From: Candidatus Calditenuis sp.
GTDB taxonomy: Archaea; Thermoproteota; Nitrososphaeria_A; Caldarchaeales; Calditenuaceae
Length of the DNA stretch: 32,000 nt
Direction of reading: 5' to 3'
Assembly: GCA_032249575.1 (NCBI GenBank)
Contig: JAVVHL010000002.1
Span: forward strand, 7,318-39,317
Shown piece by piece: positions 1 to 7,627 of this stretch (its first letter is position 1; every line of letters starts with the position of its first letter). A model generated the notes under the pieces. The model did not search any database. It had not been told where the DNA came from and saw only the letters and a program-made list of their open reading frames with translations. Position numbers and translations under genes: made by a program.

Positions 1-32
1 TCGTCAGGGTTGGCATAACTTTCCATTGGTTA

Positions 33-779
33 ATGCATAATTACGCCTTCGAATGTCACCACCTCGTGAGATATGGAGGTCTGAGGTTGGGACTGATAGT
101 GCCTTCCTCCAACACCACGATGGAGCCGGAGCTGACGAGGGCCCTCCCCGACTGGATCACGGTCCACACCAGCAGGATCAGGCTTGTCGACGTCGACGAG
201 AGGTCCCTTGTCGCGATGGAGGAAGGGGTTGAGAGGGCAGCCCTTGAGCTCGCCGATGCCGAGGTCGACCTCATCCTGTTCGGATGCACCACAGGTAGCT
301 TGATCGGTGGCAAGGGATACGATCTGATGATCGCCGATAGGATAACGTCCGTCACCGGGATCAGGGCTTTGACCACATCGACGGCTGTCCTGAGGGCTCT
401 GGAGGCCGTGAATGCGCGCAAGATCAGCGTGGCCACGCCATACATCGACAGCGTGAACGAGGCCGAGCGGAGGTTCCTGGAGGAGAACGGTTTCGAGGTC
501 CTGAGGATAAGGGGCCTCGGCATCCTGAGGAACACAGAGATAGGTCGGGTCCCACCGGAGCGCGTCGTGGAGCTGGCCAAGCAGACCTATGTCCCGGGTT
601 CCGATGCGCTCTTCATCAGCTGCACCAACCTGAAGACCTTCACCGTCATAGGACGTCTCGAATCGGAGCTGGGGAAGCCTGTCGTGACCAGCAACCAGGC
701 CTCCCTGTGGGCCGCGTTGAGGGCGCTCGGGACGGACGTCCGGCTCGGCGGGCTCGGAAAGTTGCTGGAGGACCTCTGA
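33..779 (+). CDS. Maleate cis-trans isomerase / arylmalonate decarboxylase-like protein (Asp/Glu/hydantoin racemase superfamily)
   Basis: Complete 248-aa ORF with ATG at 33 and an in-frame TAA at 15-17 upstream. It carries the N-terminal motif 'LGLIVPSSNTTMEPE' and two Cys motifs, 'LFGCTTGS' and 'FISCTNL', about 115 aa apart. I associate this pattern with the maleate isomerase branch. Codon usage is GC3-rich like the neighbours. Confidence 0.7.
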   Translation: MHNYAFECHHLVRYGGLRLGLIVPSSNTTMEPELTRALPDWITVHTSRIRLVDVDERSLVAMEEGVERAALELADAEVDLILFGCTTGSLIGGKGYDLMIADRITSVTGIRALTTSTAVLRALEAVNARKISVATPYIDSVNEAERRFLEENGFEVLRIRGLGILRNTEIGRVPPERVVELAKQTYVPGSDALFISCTNLKTFTVIGRLESELGKPVVTSNQASLWAALRALGTDVRLGGLGKLLEDL

Positions 780-2741
780 TCAGGACCTCTCGAGGATCAG
801 GGACGCCTTGGGCCCGACCGATACGGTCCAACCGTCAGGGACGACGGTGGTCGAGTTGTACTCGTCGATCAGCGCCGGACCCTCTGCCCTGAAGCCCCTC
901 GGAAGTCGGTCCCTCCTGTAGACCGGCGTATCGACCCACTCGTCCCTCATCAAGGTCCTCCTAACGGAGGATGGTTCGGTGGATCCAAATGCTGGGGCCT
1001 CCGGAAGGACGGGTTTGCGTCTGACCGAGACGGCCATCGCCCTGACCGTCACGACCTCTATCTCACGGTCGAGCTTCACGCCGTAAACAGTCTGGTGCTT
1101 CTCCTCGAAGGCCACCCTCACGTCCTCCAGCGTGCAGGGCCTGGGCACCTGGACGGTGAGCTCCCATCCCTGTCCCCTGTACCGGACGTCGGCCATCCTG
1201 ACGAAGAAGTCCACCTTTCCCAGCTTGCCGGCCAGCCCCTCCTCGAGCCTCCTGAAGGTCCCCTCTAGGTCGGTGGGGAAAGAGGCCCTCGCCTCGAGCC
1301 TCCAGTCGGCCATCAGCAGTCCGAGAGCGCTGAAGACGCCGGGATGCGGAGGGACGACCACCTTCCGTATGCCGAGCTCCTCGGCCACGAACGGAGCGAA
1401 CTGGGGGCCTGCGCCGCCGAACGCGAAGAGGGCGAACTCCGAAGGGTCGAGCCCCCTCTCGACGGTCACCAGCCTTATCGACCTGGCAGCCTCGAGGTGA
1501 GCGATCCTCAGGGCATCCCTCGCGACGCCGTAAGGGTCACCCATCCTCCTGAAGGCCTCCTCCACAGGGGCCTTGAGGAGCGGCATCTCGCCGCCGAGCA
1601 GACGGTCCGGCAACAGCCCTAACAGCAGGTTGGCGTCGGTCACCGTCGGGACCTTTCCTCCCCTTCCGTAACATATCGGCCCAGGATCGGCACCCGCACC
1701 CATCGGGCCCACCTTCAGCGCACCGAACTCGTCCAGCTCGATCATCGTCCCGCCTCCAGCAGAGACCTCAGCGAGGTCGATGAAGGTCGACCTGACAGGG
1801 TACCCCGAGCCTTTGACGATCCTGCCGTGATGGGCCTCCCCTCCTACCTCGTACTCGCCGGTCAGCTCGATCTCGTAGTTGACAACGGACCCGGCCTTGG
1901 CAGTCGTTCCGCCTACGTCGAAGCTGATCACCTTCGGCTCCCCGATCAGCTTGGCGAACTCGCTGGCGGCCACCACACCGGCTGCCGGACCGCTCTCAAT
2001 CATGTGGATCGGCCTCCTCCTCACCTCGTCGGTGTCCACGAGGCCGCCCGCGCTGGACATCACGTAGACCTCGCAACCGTCTCCCAACCCCTCCACCAGC
2101 CTCGAGACGTAGGTGGAGACGATCGGCATCAGGAGCGCGTTCACAACCGCAGTCGAGAACCTCTCGTACTCCCTGGGCTCAGGGGCGACTTCATGTGACG
2201 CTACGACGAACTCGAACTCCTCCGAGAGGACCCTCTTCGCGACCTCCTCGTTGTGGGGGTTGGCGCTGGAGTTCAGGAACGTGACGGCCACAGCGACGAC
2301 GCCTTTGCGCTTGAGAAACTCCGCTGCCCTCCTCACGTCCTCGACGCTCACCTCTTTCAGCACCTCACCTCGCGCATCGACCCTCTCGTCGACCTCTACC
2401 CTCAGCTCCCTCGGGACCAAGGGCCTGGGCTTCTCGAAGAAGAGGTCGTAGAGCTTGGGCCTGTTCTGCCTGCCGATCTCGATGACGTCCCTGAACCCTC
2501 GTGTAAGCACCATCCCCACAGTAGGGACATCGAAGTGTACCTGCCCCCTCAGCGCGTTGGTCGCGATGGTGGAGGCGTGTAGCAGCTCCCTCACAGCACC
2601 GGCCCTCCTGACGCCCTCGATGACGGTCCTCTCAGGTGCCCTGACGTCGGTGAGGAGCTTGAACTGAACCACGTTGCCTTGCTCGTCTATCCGCACGAAG
2701 TCGGTGAAGGTCCCTCCTATGTCGACGGCTATTGTAGACAT
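780..2741 (-). CDS. Hydantoinase A / oxoprolinase family protein (HyuA-type, ASKHA-fold ATPase)
   Basis: 653-aa ORF with ATG at 2741-2739. It has the N-terminal phosphate motif '[12 protein letters not shown]' and a second motif '[13 protein letters not shown]', typical of the N-methylhydantoinase A / acetone carboxylase beta / oxoprolinase family. Its stop codon abuts the stop of the convergent gene with a 0-nt spacer. Confidence 0.85.
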   Translation of the reverse strand: MSTIAVDIGGTFTDFVRIDEQGNVVQFKLLTDVRAPERTVIEGVRRAGAVRELLHASTIATNALRGQVHFDVPTVGMVLTRGFRDVIEIGRQNRPKLYDLFFEKPRPLVPRELRVEVDERVDARGEVLKEVSVEDVRRAAEFLKRKGVVAVAVTFLNSSANPHNEEVAKRVLSEEFEFVVASHEVAPEPREYERFSTAVVNALLMPIVSTYVSRLVEGLGDGCEVYVMSSAGGLVDTDEVRRRPIHMIESGPAAGVVAASEFAKLIGEPKVISFDVGGTTAKAGSVVNYEIELTGEYEVGGEAHHGRIVKGSGYPVRSTFIDLAEVSAGGGTMIELDEFGALKVGPMGAGADPGPICYGRGGKVPTVTDANLLLGLLPDRLLGGEMPLLKAPVEEAFRRMGDPYGVARDALRIAHLEAARSIRLVTVERGLDPSEFALFAFGGAGPQFAPFVAEELGIRKVVVPPHPGVFSALGLLMADWRLEARASFPTDLEGTFRRLEEGLAGKLGKVDFFVRMADVRYRGQGWELTVQVPRPCTLEDVRVAFEEKHQTVYGVKLDREIEVVTVRAMAVSVRRKPVLPEAPAFGSTEPSSVRRTLMRDEWVDTPVYRRDRLPRGFRAEGPALIDEYNSTTVVPDGWTVSVGPKASLILERS

Positions 2742-2756
2742 CGGTCCTCGACTCCC

Positions 2757-2768
2757 CGCATCGATGCG
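2757..2768 (-). promoter_or_regulatory. Perfect 12-bp palindrome CGCATCGATGCG between the hyuA-type TATA-like box and its start codon (candidate operator)
   Basis: I read the palindrome directly from the sequence. It lies 16-27 nt upstream of ATG 2741 and just downstream, in gene orientation, of the A/T box at 2774-2783. That places it about where the transcription start would be. Confidence 0.3.
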
Positions 2769-2773
2769 CGTTC

Positions 2774-2789
2774 CTAATTAAAGCTGGGG
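2774..2789 (-). promoter_or_regulatory. BRE/TATA-like box for the hyuA-type gene (minus-strand reading CCCCAGCTTTAATTAG)
   Basis: It is an isolated A/T-rich block in GC-rich DNA, 33-42 nt upstream of ATG 2741. It shares the 'CAGCT + A/T box' arrangement with the boxes upstream of the ALDH and aldolase genes. Confidence 0.4.
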
Positions 2790-2905
2790 CTTCGCTGCTG
2801 GCGATTCTGAAAGTGGGTAGGGACATGTTCCGTGGAGCTCCACATGCAACTCGGATGGACGTCCTTCAAGAGACGAGGGCGTGCGAAGAGCTGAGGATAA
2901 GTCCG

Positions 2906-2929
2906 CCGTGAAATCTTAAAAATCATAAA
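2906..2929 (+). promoter_or_regulatory. BRE/TATA-like promoter (CCGTGAAA + TCTTAAAAATCATAAA) for the 383-aa orphan gene
   Basis: It is the strongest A/T block in the 212-nt intergenic region, about 25-35 nt upstream of TTG 2954. The 8-mer CCGTGAAA recurs in the ligase promoter at 13618-13625. Confidence 0.45.
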
Positions 2930-2934
2930 GGAGA

Positions 2935-2952
2935 ACCCGTCGAGCGACGGGT
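2935..2952 (+). promoter_or_regulatory. 18-bp near-perfect palindrome ACCCGTCGAGCGACGGGT (7-bp arms, 4-nt centre) between the TATA box and the start codon
   Basis: I read it directly from the sequence. The arms ACCCGTC and GACGGGT are exact reverse complements. It sits at the expected transcription start, so it is either an operator or a 5'-terminal RNA hairpin. Confidence 0.35.
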
Positions 2953-2953
2953 C

Positions 2954-4105
2954 TTGGAGCTGCTGATCAGGGACATGGTCAGAGCTTGCATAGTCTCGAG
3001 GATGATCGGAGGAGAAGACGCGATGAAGGCCGGCTTCGGGATGCTCCACCGGGAGGTGGTGGCGTGTCATGTCAGCCTCGCTCAGCTCATGCTCTCCACG
3101 AGCTGGGTGGCCCAGAGGGCCCTGGAGATCGTCGAGAGGCACAGGGTGAGGAGGAAGGTGAAGGAGTTCGACGGAGTAGGTGGTGTGGACCGGGCTCTCA
3201 GCTCCCTGGTCTCGCCGTTTACCCTCCTGATGGCGGCCTCTGCCACATCAGGTGGGATGTGGGCACTGGTCAGGTACTCCGGCACCTACGCATCGAGGCT
3301 GTTGGAGCTCGTCCGCGAGCTGGAGGAAGACGACGAGCTCGTCAGCACCGTAGGTCGGCTGGTCGAGCACGCCGCGCTGGCCAGCACCTTTGAGGAGAGG
3401 GGCAGGACGCTGATGCGCGACGTCCCCGAGGGCGAGGACGAGAGGTGGGTAAGCGAGAAGCAGGAGGCCGTCTACAACCTCCTCAGCACATCGGTAACGA
3501 GGCTCAGGACGAGGCTCGAGGAGTCAGGGGTCTCGAGGGAGGAGACCGCTGCGGCCGAGGAGCTGTGGGAGCTGGCGCTCCTCACGACGGGACCCACTCA
3601 GCCGATAGTGGAGGCCGCCCTCAGCGTGCTCACCGACACGATAGGGAAGGTCAGCTTTAGGGGTGACATCGAGGAGCCGACCGAGCACGAGCTGCGGGAC
3701 CTCGAGAGATCGATGGTGCTGGCGATGGAGGTGGCGCCTGCTGCTGCACTGATGGCCGCGGTCCTCTACAGCCCCGTCGAGGTCTACAAGGTGGAGATGG
3801 CAGTGGGAGGGAACGCCATGACCGCGCTGCTGGCCATGCTGGAGGAGGGCAGGGAGGCGCTCGGGAAGCTGAGGGAGGCCGTCGAGAGGGCACCTGAACC
3901 GGGAGGGGAGCTCGTCAGGCTCTGGCACCAGGAGCTGATGCTTTGGACTCCCTTCCACGTCGTCATCAGCCACGTGGCCCTGGCAGGCCTGCAGGACGAG
4001 TACTGGAAGGAGTTCAGGGAAGGGGTCGAGGAGCTCTACCAGCAGCTCAAGGAGGGCCTCGGTCGGAAACGGAGGCGGACGAAACGTCGCGGCAAGGGGC
4101 GCTAG
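2954..4105 (+). CDS. Hypothetical protein, predicted all-alpha, with a polybasic C-terminal tail
   Basis: 383-aa ORF with GC3-rich codon usage matching the neighbours. The composition is rich in E, L, A and R, and the C-terminus reads 'GRKRRRTKRRGKGR'. I recognise no family. The start is ambiguous: TTG 2954 fits a leaderless start after the TATA box, and ATG 2975 is the alternative. Confidence 0.6.
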   Translation: MELLIRDMVRACIVSRMIGGEDAMKAGFGMLHREVVACHVSLAQLMLSTSWVAQRALEIVERHRVRRKVKEFDGVGGVDRALSSLVSPFTLLMAASATSGGMWALVRYSGTYASRLLELVRELEEDDELVSTVGRLVEHAALASTFEERGRTLMRDVPEGEDERWVSEKQEAVYNLLSTSVTRLRTRLEESGVSREETAAAEELWELALLTTGPTQPIVEAALSVLTDTIGKVSFRGDIEEPTEHELRDLERSMVLAMEVAPAAALMAAVLYSPVEVYKVEMAVGGNAMTALLAMLEEGREALGKLREAVERAPEPGGELVRLWHQELMLWTPFHVVISHVALAGLQDEYWKEFREGVEELYQQLKEGLGRKRRRTKRRGKGR

Positions 4106-4145
4106 GAATCCCGTGGTGATATTGAGCTCGCATCCGCGTGTCACA

Positions 4146-4155
4146 ATAATTTAGC
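4146..4155 (+). promoter_or_regulatory. TATA-like box ATAATTTAGC upstream of the nitroreductase gene
   Basis: It is an isolated A/T block about 30-38 nt upstream of ATG 4184. The identical 10-mer occurs at 7614-7623. Confidence 0.35.
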
Positions 4156-4183
4156 CGGGCTATCGACATGGGGAGGAGTCCTC

Positions 4184-4957
4184 ATGAAGACAAGGGCGAG
4201 GAGGGGGACGCTGAGCGTCATAGCGAACAGGAGGAGCATCAGGTTCTTCTCCGATACGCCGGTACCGGACGAGGTCGTGGAGGTCCTCATCGATGCAGGC
4301 CAGAGGGCTCCCTGCGTCTTCCAGTCCTACACAGTCATCAGGATCGCGGACCAATCGCTGAGGAGCAGGATCAGGGAGATAGCGGAGGACGATCCGGCCC
4401 TCTCAGCACCGGTCTGGCTCCTCCTCTGCCTCGACCTGAGGAGGACCTCGAGGCTACTCAGCCTGATAAACGAGAGGAACGTGCTGAGGACCGAGAGGCA
4501 TCCGATCGAGACGGTGGAGATGCTGACGGAGCTGGCGATGTTCGCGGAGAACGTGATCATAGCGTCCGAGGCGATGGGGCTCGGGAGCGTTCTGCTCGAC
4601 TGGCCGCTGAGGGAGCCGGAGGAGTTCTCGAGGCTCCTGAAGCTTCCTGAGGGCGTGGTGCCTCTCTACCTCCTCTGCATAGGACAGCCTAGGGAGAGCC
4701 CGCCCCTGAGGCCCAGGTTCCCGAGGCATCTGGTCTACAGCGTCGACCGTTACAAGGAGGCGAGCGACGAGGAGCTCCTGAATTACCTCCGAGATGCCGA
4801 CGTGGCCCTCAGATCCGAGGGGTACCTGAAGAAGTATGCAGACCTCGACGTGAGCCTCGCCGAGTACCTCTCGATGAAGGTGGCGGCGACGAAGGAGCAG
4901 GAGAGGGCAGAGGCAGAGGTCCAGAAGTTCCTGAGGAGGGCAGGCCTTACCATCTGA
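4184..4957 (+). CDS. Nitroreductase family protein with a ~70-aa C-terminal helical extension
   Basis: 257-aa ORF with the N-terminal 'IANRRSIRFFSD' motif typical of the FMN nitroreductase fold. An SD-like GGGGAGGAG at 4170-4178 lies 5 nt before the ATG. Confidence 0.8.
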   Translation: MKTRARRGTLSVIANRRSIRFFSDTPVPDEVVEVLIDAGQRAPCVFQSYTVIRIADQSLRSRIREIAEDDPALSAPVWLLLCLDLRRTSRLLSLINERNVLRTERHPIETVEMLTELAMFAENVIIASEAMGLGSVLLDWPLREPEEFSRLLKLPEGVVPLYLLCIGQPRESPPLRPRFPRHLVYSVDRYKEASDEELLNYLRDADVALRSEGYLKKYADLDVSLAEYLSMKVAATKEQERAEAEVQKFLRRAGLTI

Positions 4958-5003
4958 TCGGCCGGCTGAAAACCTATCACAAAGGACTTCTGAAGATCTG
5001 GCG

Positions 5004-6059
5004 TTGGGAGCGCTCTCCGAGCTGATGCCCAGGTACATCGAGATCGTTGAGGAGTCGATGCGGAGGCTCCTTCCGATGCGGATGGACGAGGGCTATCTGA
5101 GGGAGCTGACGGGCCTTGACGGTTTCGACGTGGAAGCCCTCAACGCTGCCCTCTCGGTCCCCGCCTGGGACCTGCTGGGAAGGGGAGGGAAGAGGTGGAG
5201 GCCTGTGATGACGATGATGGTTTACGAGGCCCTCGGAGGGATGGCGGAGGAGATAGCGGATTTGGCAGCTGTGACGGAGCTGATCCACAACGGAACGCTG
5301 GCCGTGGACGACGTCGAGGACCGCAGCGAGCTGAGGAGGGGAAGGCCCTGTGTTCACATCCTTTACGGAGAGGACATAGCGATCAACATGGGCAACACCC
5401 TCTACTACCTGCCTCTCCTGGCAGCGATCAGGAGGGGCTCGGTCCCGGAGCGGCTGACGGGCAGAATTCTCACGGTCTACTTGGAGGAGATGACGAACCT
5501 CAGCTTGGGCCAGTCCCTGGACATCGCCTGGCACAGGTCGCTCTCCGAGGACGTCGACGAGGAGCGGTACATGACGATGTGCAAGCTCAAGACTGGATCG
5601 CTCGTCAGGATGGGCGTCAGGTTCGCGTGTGCTTTGCGTGGCGTCGACGAAAGCGTGGAGGAGAGGTTGGTGAGGTTCGGAGACGCGGTCTCGGTCGCGT
5701 TCCAGATACAGGACGACGTGCTCAACCTTGTGGGCACAGAGGCCGAGTACGGCAAGGAGATAGGCGGCGACATCAAGGAGGGCAAGAGGACCTTGATGGT
5801 CGTCCACGCGCTGAGGAACCTGCCTGAGGCCAAGGCGAGGAGGCTCCTCGAGATCTTGAGAATGCAGACGTCGGACCAGCATCTGATCCGGGAGGCGATA
5901 TCGCTGATCGTCGAGGCCGGGTCGATCGAGTACAGCAAGGCAGTAGCGCGGAGGCTGGTCGAGGAAGCCTGGGCTGGGATCGAGGGGCTGCTGCCCGAGT
6001 CGAGGCAGAAGGAGGGGCTAAGGGAGCTGGCGGCGTTCCTGGTGGAGCGGAGCAAGTAG
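5004..6059 (+). CDS. idsA: Polyprenyl (geranylgeranyl) diphosphate synthase
   Basis: The first Asp-rich motif is 'LAVDDVEDRSELRRGRP' and the second is 'FQIQDDVLN'. 'KTGSL' and 'GDIKEGKRT' are also present. The start is either TTG 5004 or ATG 5025 ('MPRYIEIVEE...'); the end is firm. Confidence 0.9.
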   Translation: MGALSELMPRYIEIVEESMRRLLPMRMDEGYLRELTGLDGFDVEALNAALSVPAWDLLGRGGKRWRPVMTMMVYEALGGMAEEIADLAAVTELIHNGTLAVDDVEDRSELRRGRPCVHILYGEDIAINMGNTLYYLPLLAAIRRGSVPERLTGRILTVYLEEMTNLSLGQSLDIAWHRSLSEDVDEERYMTMCKLKTGSLVRMGVRFACALRGVDESVEERLVRFGDAVSVAFQIQDDVLNLVGTEAEYGKEIGGDIKEGKRTLMVVHALRNLPEAKARRLLEILRMQTSDQHLIREAISLIVEAGSIEYSKAVARRLVEEAWAGIEGLLPESRQKEGLRELAAFLVERSK

Positions 6060-6060
6060 C

Positions 6061-7596
6061 TCAGGAGGTTCTGGTCCTCCGGACCTTCCCGAGCCCGGCC
6101 GGCTCGAGGTTGAAGACTATAGTCTTGATCACCATCATCTCCTCGATCGAGTACCCGATCCCCTCCCTCCCCAGGCCCGAGTCCTTCACACCTCCGAACG
6201 GGAAGAAGCCGACGCCGTGCCTGGGATAGTCGTTGACGGTCACCTCGCCCACCCTGAGCGCCTTGGCGACCCGCCACATCCTGTAGAAGTTGTTGGTGAA
6301 GACCGCCGCGTCGAGCCCGTACCTCGACCTCTCGGCTATCTGGAGGGCGTGCTCCTCGTCCCTGACCCTGACTATCGGGATGACCGGACCGAAGGTCTCC
6401 TCCCAGAGTATTTTGGCGCTCTCCGGCACCCTGTCGAGCACCGTCGGCTGGTGGTAGGCCCTTTCGCGCTCCCCTCCGTGCAGCAGCACCGAGCCCTTTT
6501 CCACCGCGTCCCTTACGAGGCCGTTCACCCGCTCAGCGGCCTGCTCGTTGACGAGCGGCCCCATCTTGGTCGACGGGTCCCTAGGATCGCCCAGCCTCCA
6601 CTCGGTTACCTGCTTCATGACCTCCTCCACGAACTCGTCGGCTACCGATTCCTGGACCAGAACGGCGCTCACGGCGTCGCACCTCTGCCCCGCGTTCCTG
6701 AAGGCGCCCTCGACGCACTTCGCAGCGCTCAGCTTCAGGTCGGCGTCGTCCAGCACTATCGCGTACGCCTTCCCTCCCAACTCGAGATGAAGCATCTTCC
6801 CGACGCCGTGCCTCGCGACCTCCCTTCCCACTTCGGTGCTTCCGGTGAAGGAGACCATGCCGACGTCCCTGTGGGCCGCCAGGAGGCTTCCGAGGTAGCC
6901 TGGGCCCGTGACGACGTTCAGGACGCCTTCAGGGAGGCCGGCCAGCTGGAAGGCCCTCGCCATCATCAACATCGAGATGGGGGTGGAGCTGGAGGGCTTG
7001 ACCACCACCGAGTTGGCGCCGAGGATCGCTGGTATCACCTTCGCCGATGGGATGAAGAGCGGGTAGTTGAAGGGCCCGATCGCGCCCACAACGCCTACAG
7101 GTTCCCTCAACACTATCGCGACCTTCCCCACCGTGTCGGGCGACCAGTCACCGGGTATGTACTCTCCGCTGACCTTCCGCGAGTCCTCCATCGCCAGCCT
7201 CAGCCTCTCCGCTACCGCCCTCACCTCTCCCGGCGACTCCGAGATGGCCCTGCCCATCTCGAGCGTTATCGTCATGGCGAAGTCATCGGCGTGGTTCCTG
7301 ACTATCCGCGCAACTTCCTCCATTATCTCGATCCTGTCTATAGCTGCGAGTGACCTGATCTTCCTCTGGTTCTCCTTCGCGGCCCTCACAGCCCTCTCGA
7401 GGTCCGACTCGTTGCAGCGCTGGACCCTCGCGATCACGGAGCCGTCGATGGGCGTCCTCAGGTCGAAGGTCGTTCCTTCTGAGGACCTGGTCCAAGAGCC
7501 GTCGATGAAGGTCTTGAACTCCGGGACGCCGTCAGGCCCCTCCTCGTAGATCTCCGAGAATATCCTGCCGAGCTTGATCTCGACGGACCCCATCAC
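6061..7596 (-). CDS. NAD(P)+-dependent aldehyde dehydrogenase (GAPN-like / glyceraldehyde dehydrogenase-like)
   Basis: 511-aa ORF with ALDH superfamily motifs: 'FTGSTEVG', the catalytic Glu in 'LELGGKA', the catalytic Cys in 'AGQRCDA', and 'EETFGPV'. The specific substrate is inferred only from adjacency to the glycerate kinase gene. The start is GTG 7596 or ATG 7593. Confidence 0.85.
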   Translation of the reverse strand: MMGSVEIKLGRIFSEIYEEGPDGVPEFKTFIDGSWTRSSEGTTFDLRTPIDGSVIARVQRCNESDLERAVRAAKENQRKIRSLAAIDRIEIMEEVARIVRNHADDFAMTITLEMGRAISESPGEVRAVAERLRLAMEDSRKVSGEYIPGDWSPDTVGKVAIVLREPVGVVGAIGPFNYPLFIPSAKVIPAILGANSVVVKPSSSTPISMLMMARAFQLAGLPEGVLNVVTGPGYLGSLLAAHRDVGMVSFTGSTEVGREVARHGVGKMLHLELGGKAYAIVLDDADLKLSAAKCVEGAFRNAGQRCDAVSAVLVQESVADEFVEEVMKQVTEWRLGDPRDPSTKMGPLVNEQAAERVNGLVRDAVEKGSVLLHGGERERAYHQPTVLDRVPESAKILWEETFGPVIPIVRVRDEEHALQIAERSRYGLDAAVFTNNFYRMWRVAKALRVGEVTVNDYPRHGVGFFPFGGVKDSGLGREGIGYSIEEMMVIKTIVFNLEPAGLGKVRRTRTS

Positions 7597-7613
7597 ATTT
7601 CGTTCTCCACCGC

Positions 7614-7626
7614 ATAATTTAGCTGA
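7614..7626 (-). promoter_or_regulatory. BRE/TATA-like box for the ALDH gene (minus-strand reading TTCAGCTAAATTAT)
   Basis: It lies within the 31-nt spacer between the glycerate kinase stop (7628) and the ALDH start, about 22-25 nt upstream of the start codons. This suggests a leaderless mRNA with its own promoter. Confidence 0.4.
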
Positions 7627-7627
7627 A

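Noticed and set aside
3524-4144. A 206-aa minus-strand ORF whose start lies 2 nt from the ATAATTTAGC box at 4146-4155. That box is identical to the ALDH promoter box when read on the minus strand. I considered an antisense gene or transcript opposite the 383-aa orphan.
   Set aside because: - The box is too close to the putative ATG to drive it, because the expected transcription start would fall inside the ORF.
- The translation is P/L/R-rich low complexity.
- An antisense non-coding transcript cannot be excluded, but nothing in the sequence supports one.
4168-4650. A 160-aa plus-strand ORF starting at ATG 4168, overlapping the nitroreductase gene in another frame.
   Set aside because: It is G/R/E/D-rich low complexity with no motifs. 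The 4184 frame carries the nitroreductase signature and an SD at the correct spacing.
6217-7353. A 378-aa ORF on the plus strand, antisense to the ALDH gene. Similar long antisense ORFs lie at 20775-21881 (368 aa, opposite purB), 4977-5882 (301 aa, opposite the GGPP synthase), 12306-13205, 14062-14919, 17540-18262 and 28202-28897.
   Set aside because: - For the three I checked (6217-7353, 20775-21881, 4977-5882), the ORFs are codon-aligned with the sense gene. Antisense stops would then require the sense codons TTA, CTA or TCA, which are rare in this GC3-rich genome.
- The translations are rich in R, P, G, H and S, of low complexity and without motifs.
- The opposite-strand genes carry unambiguous catalytic signatures.
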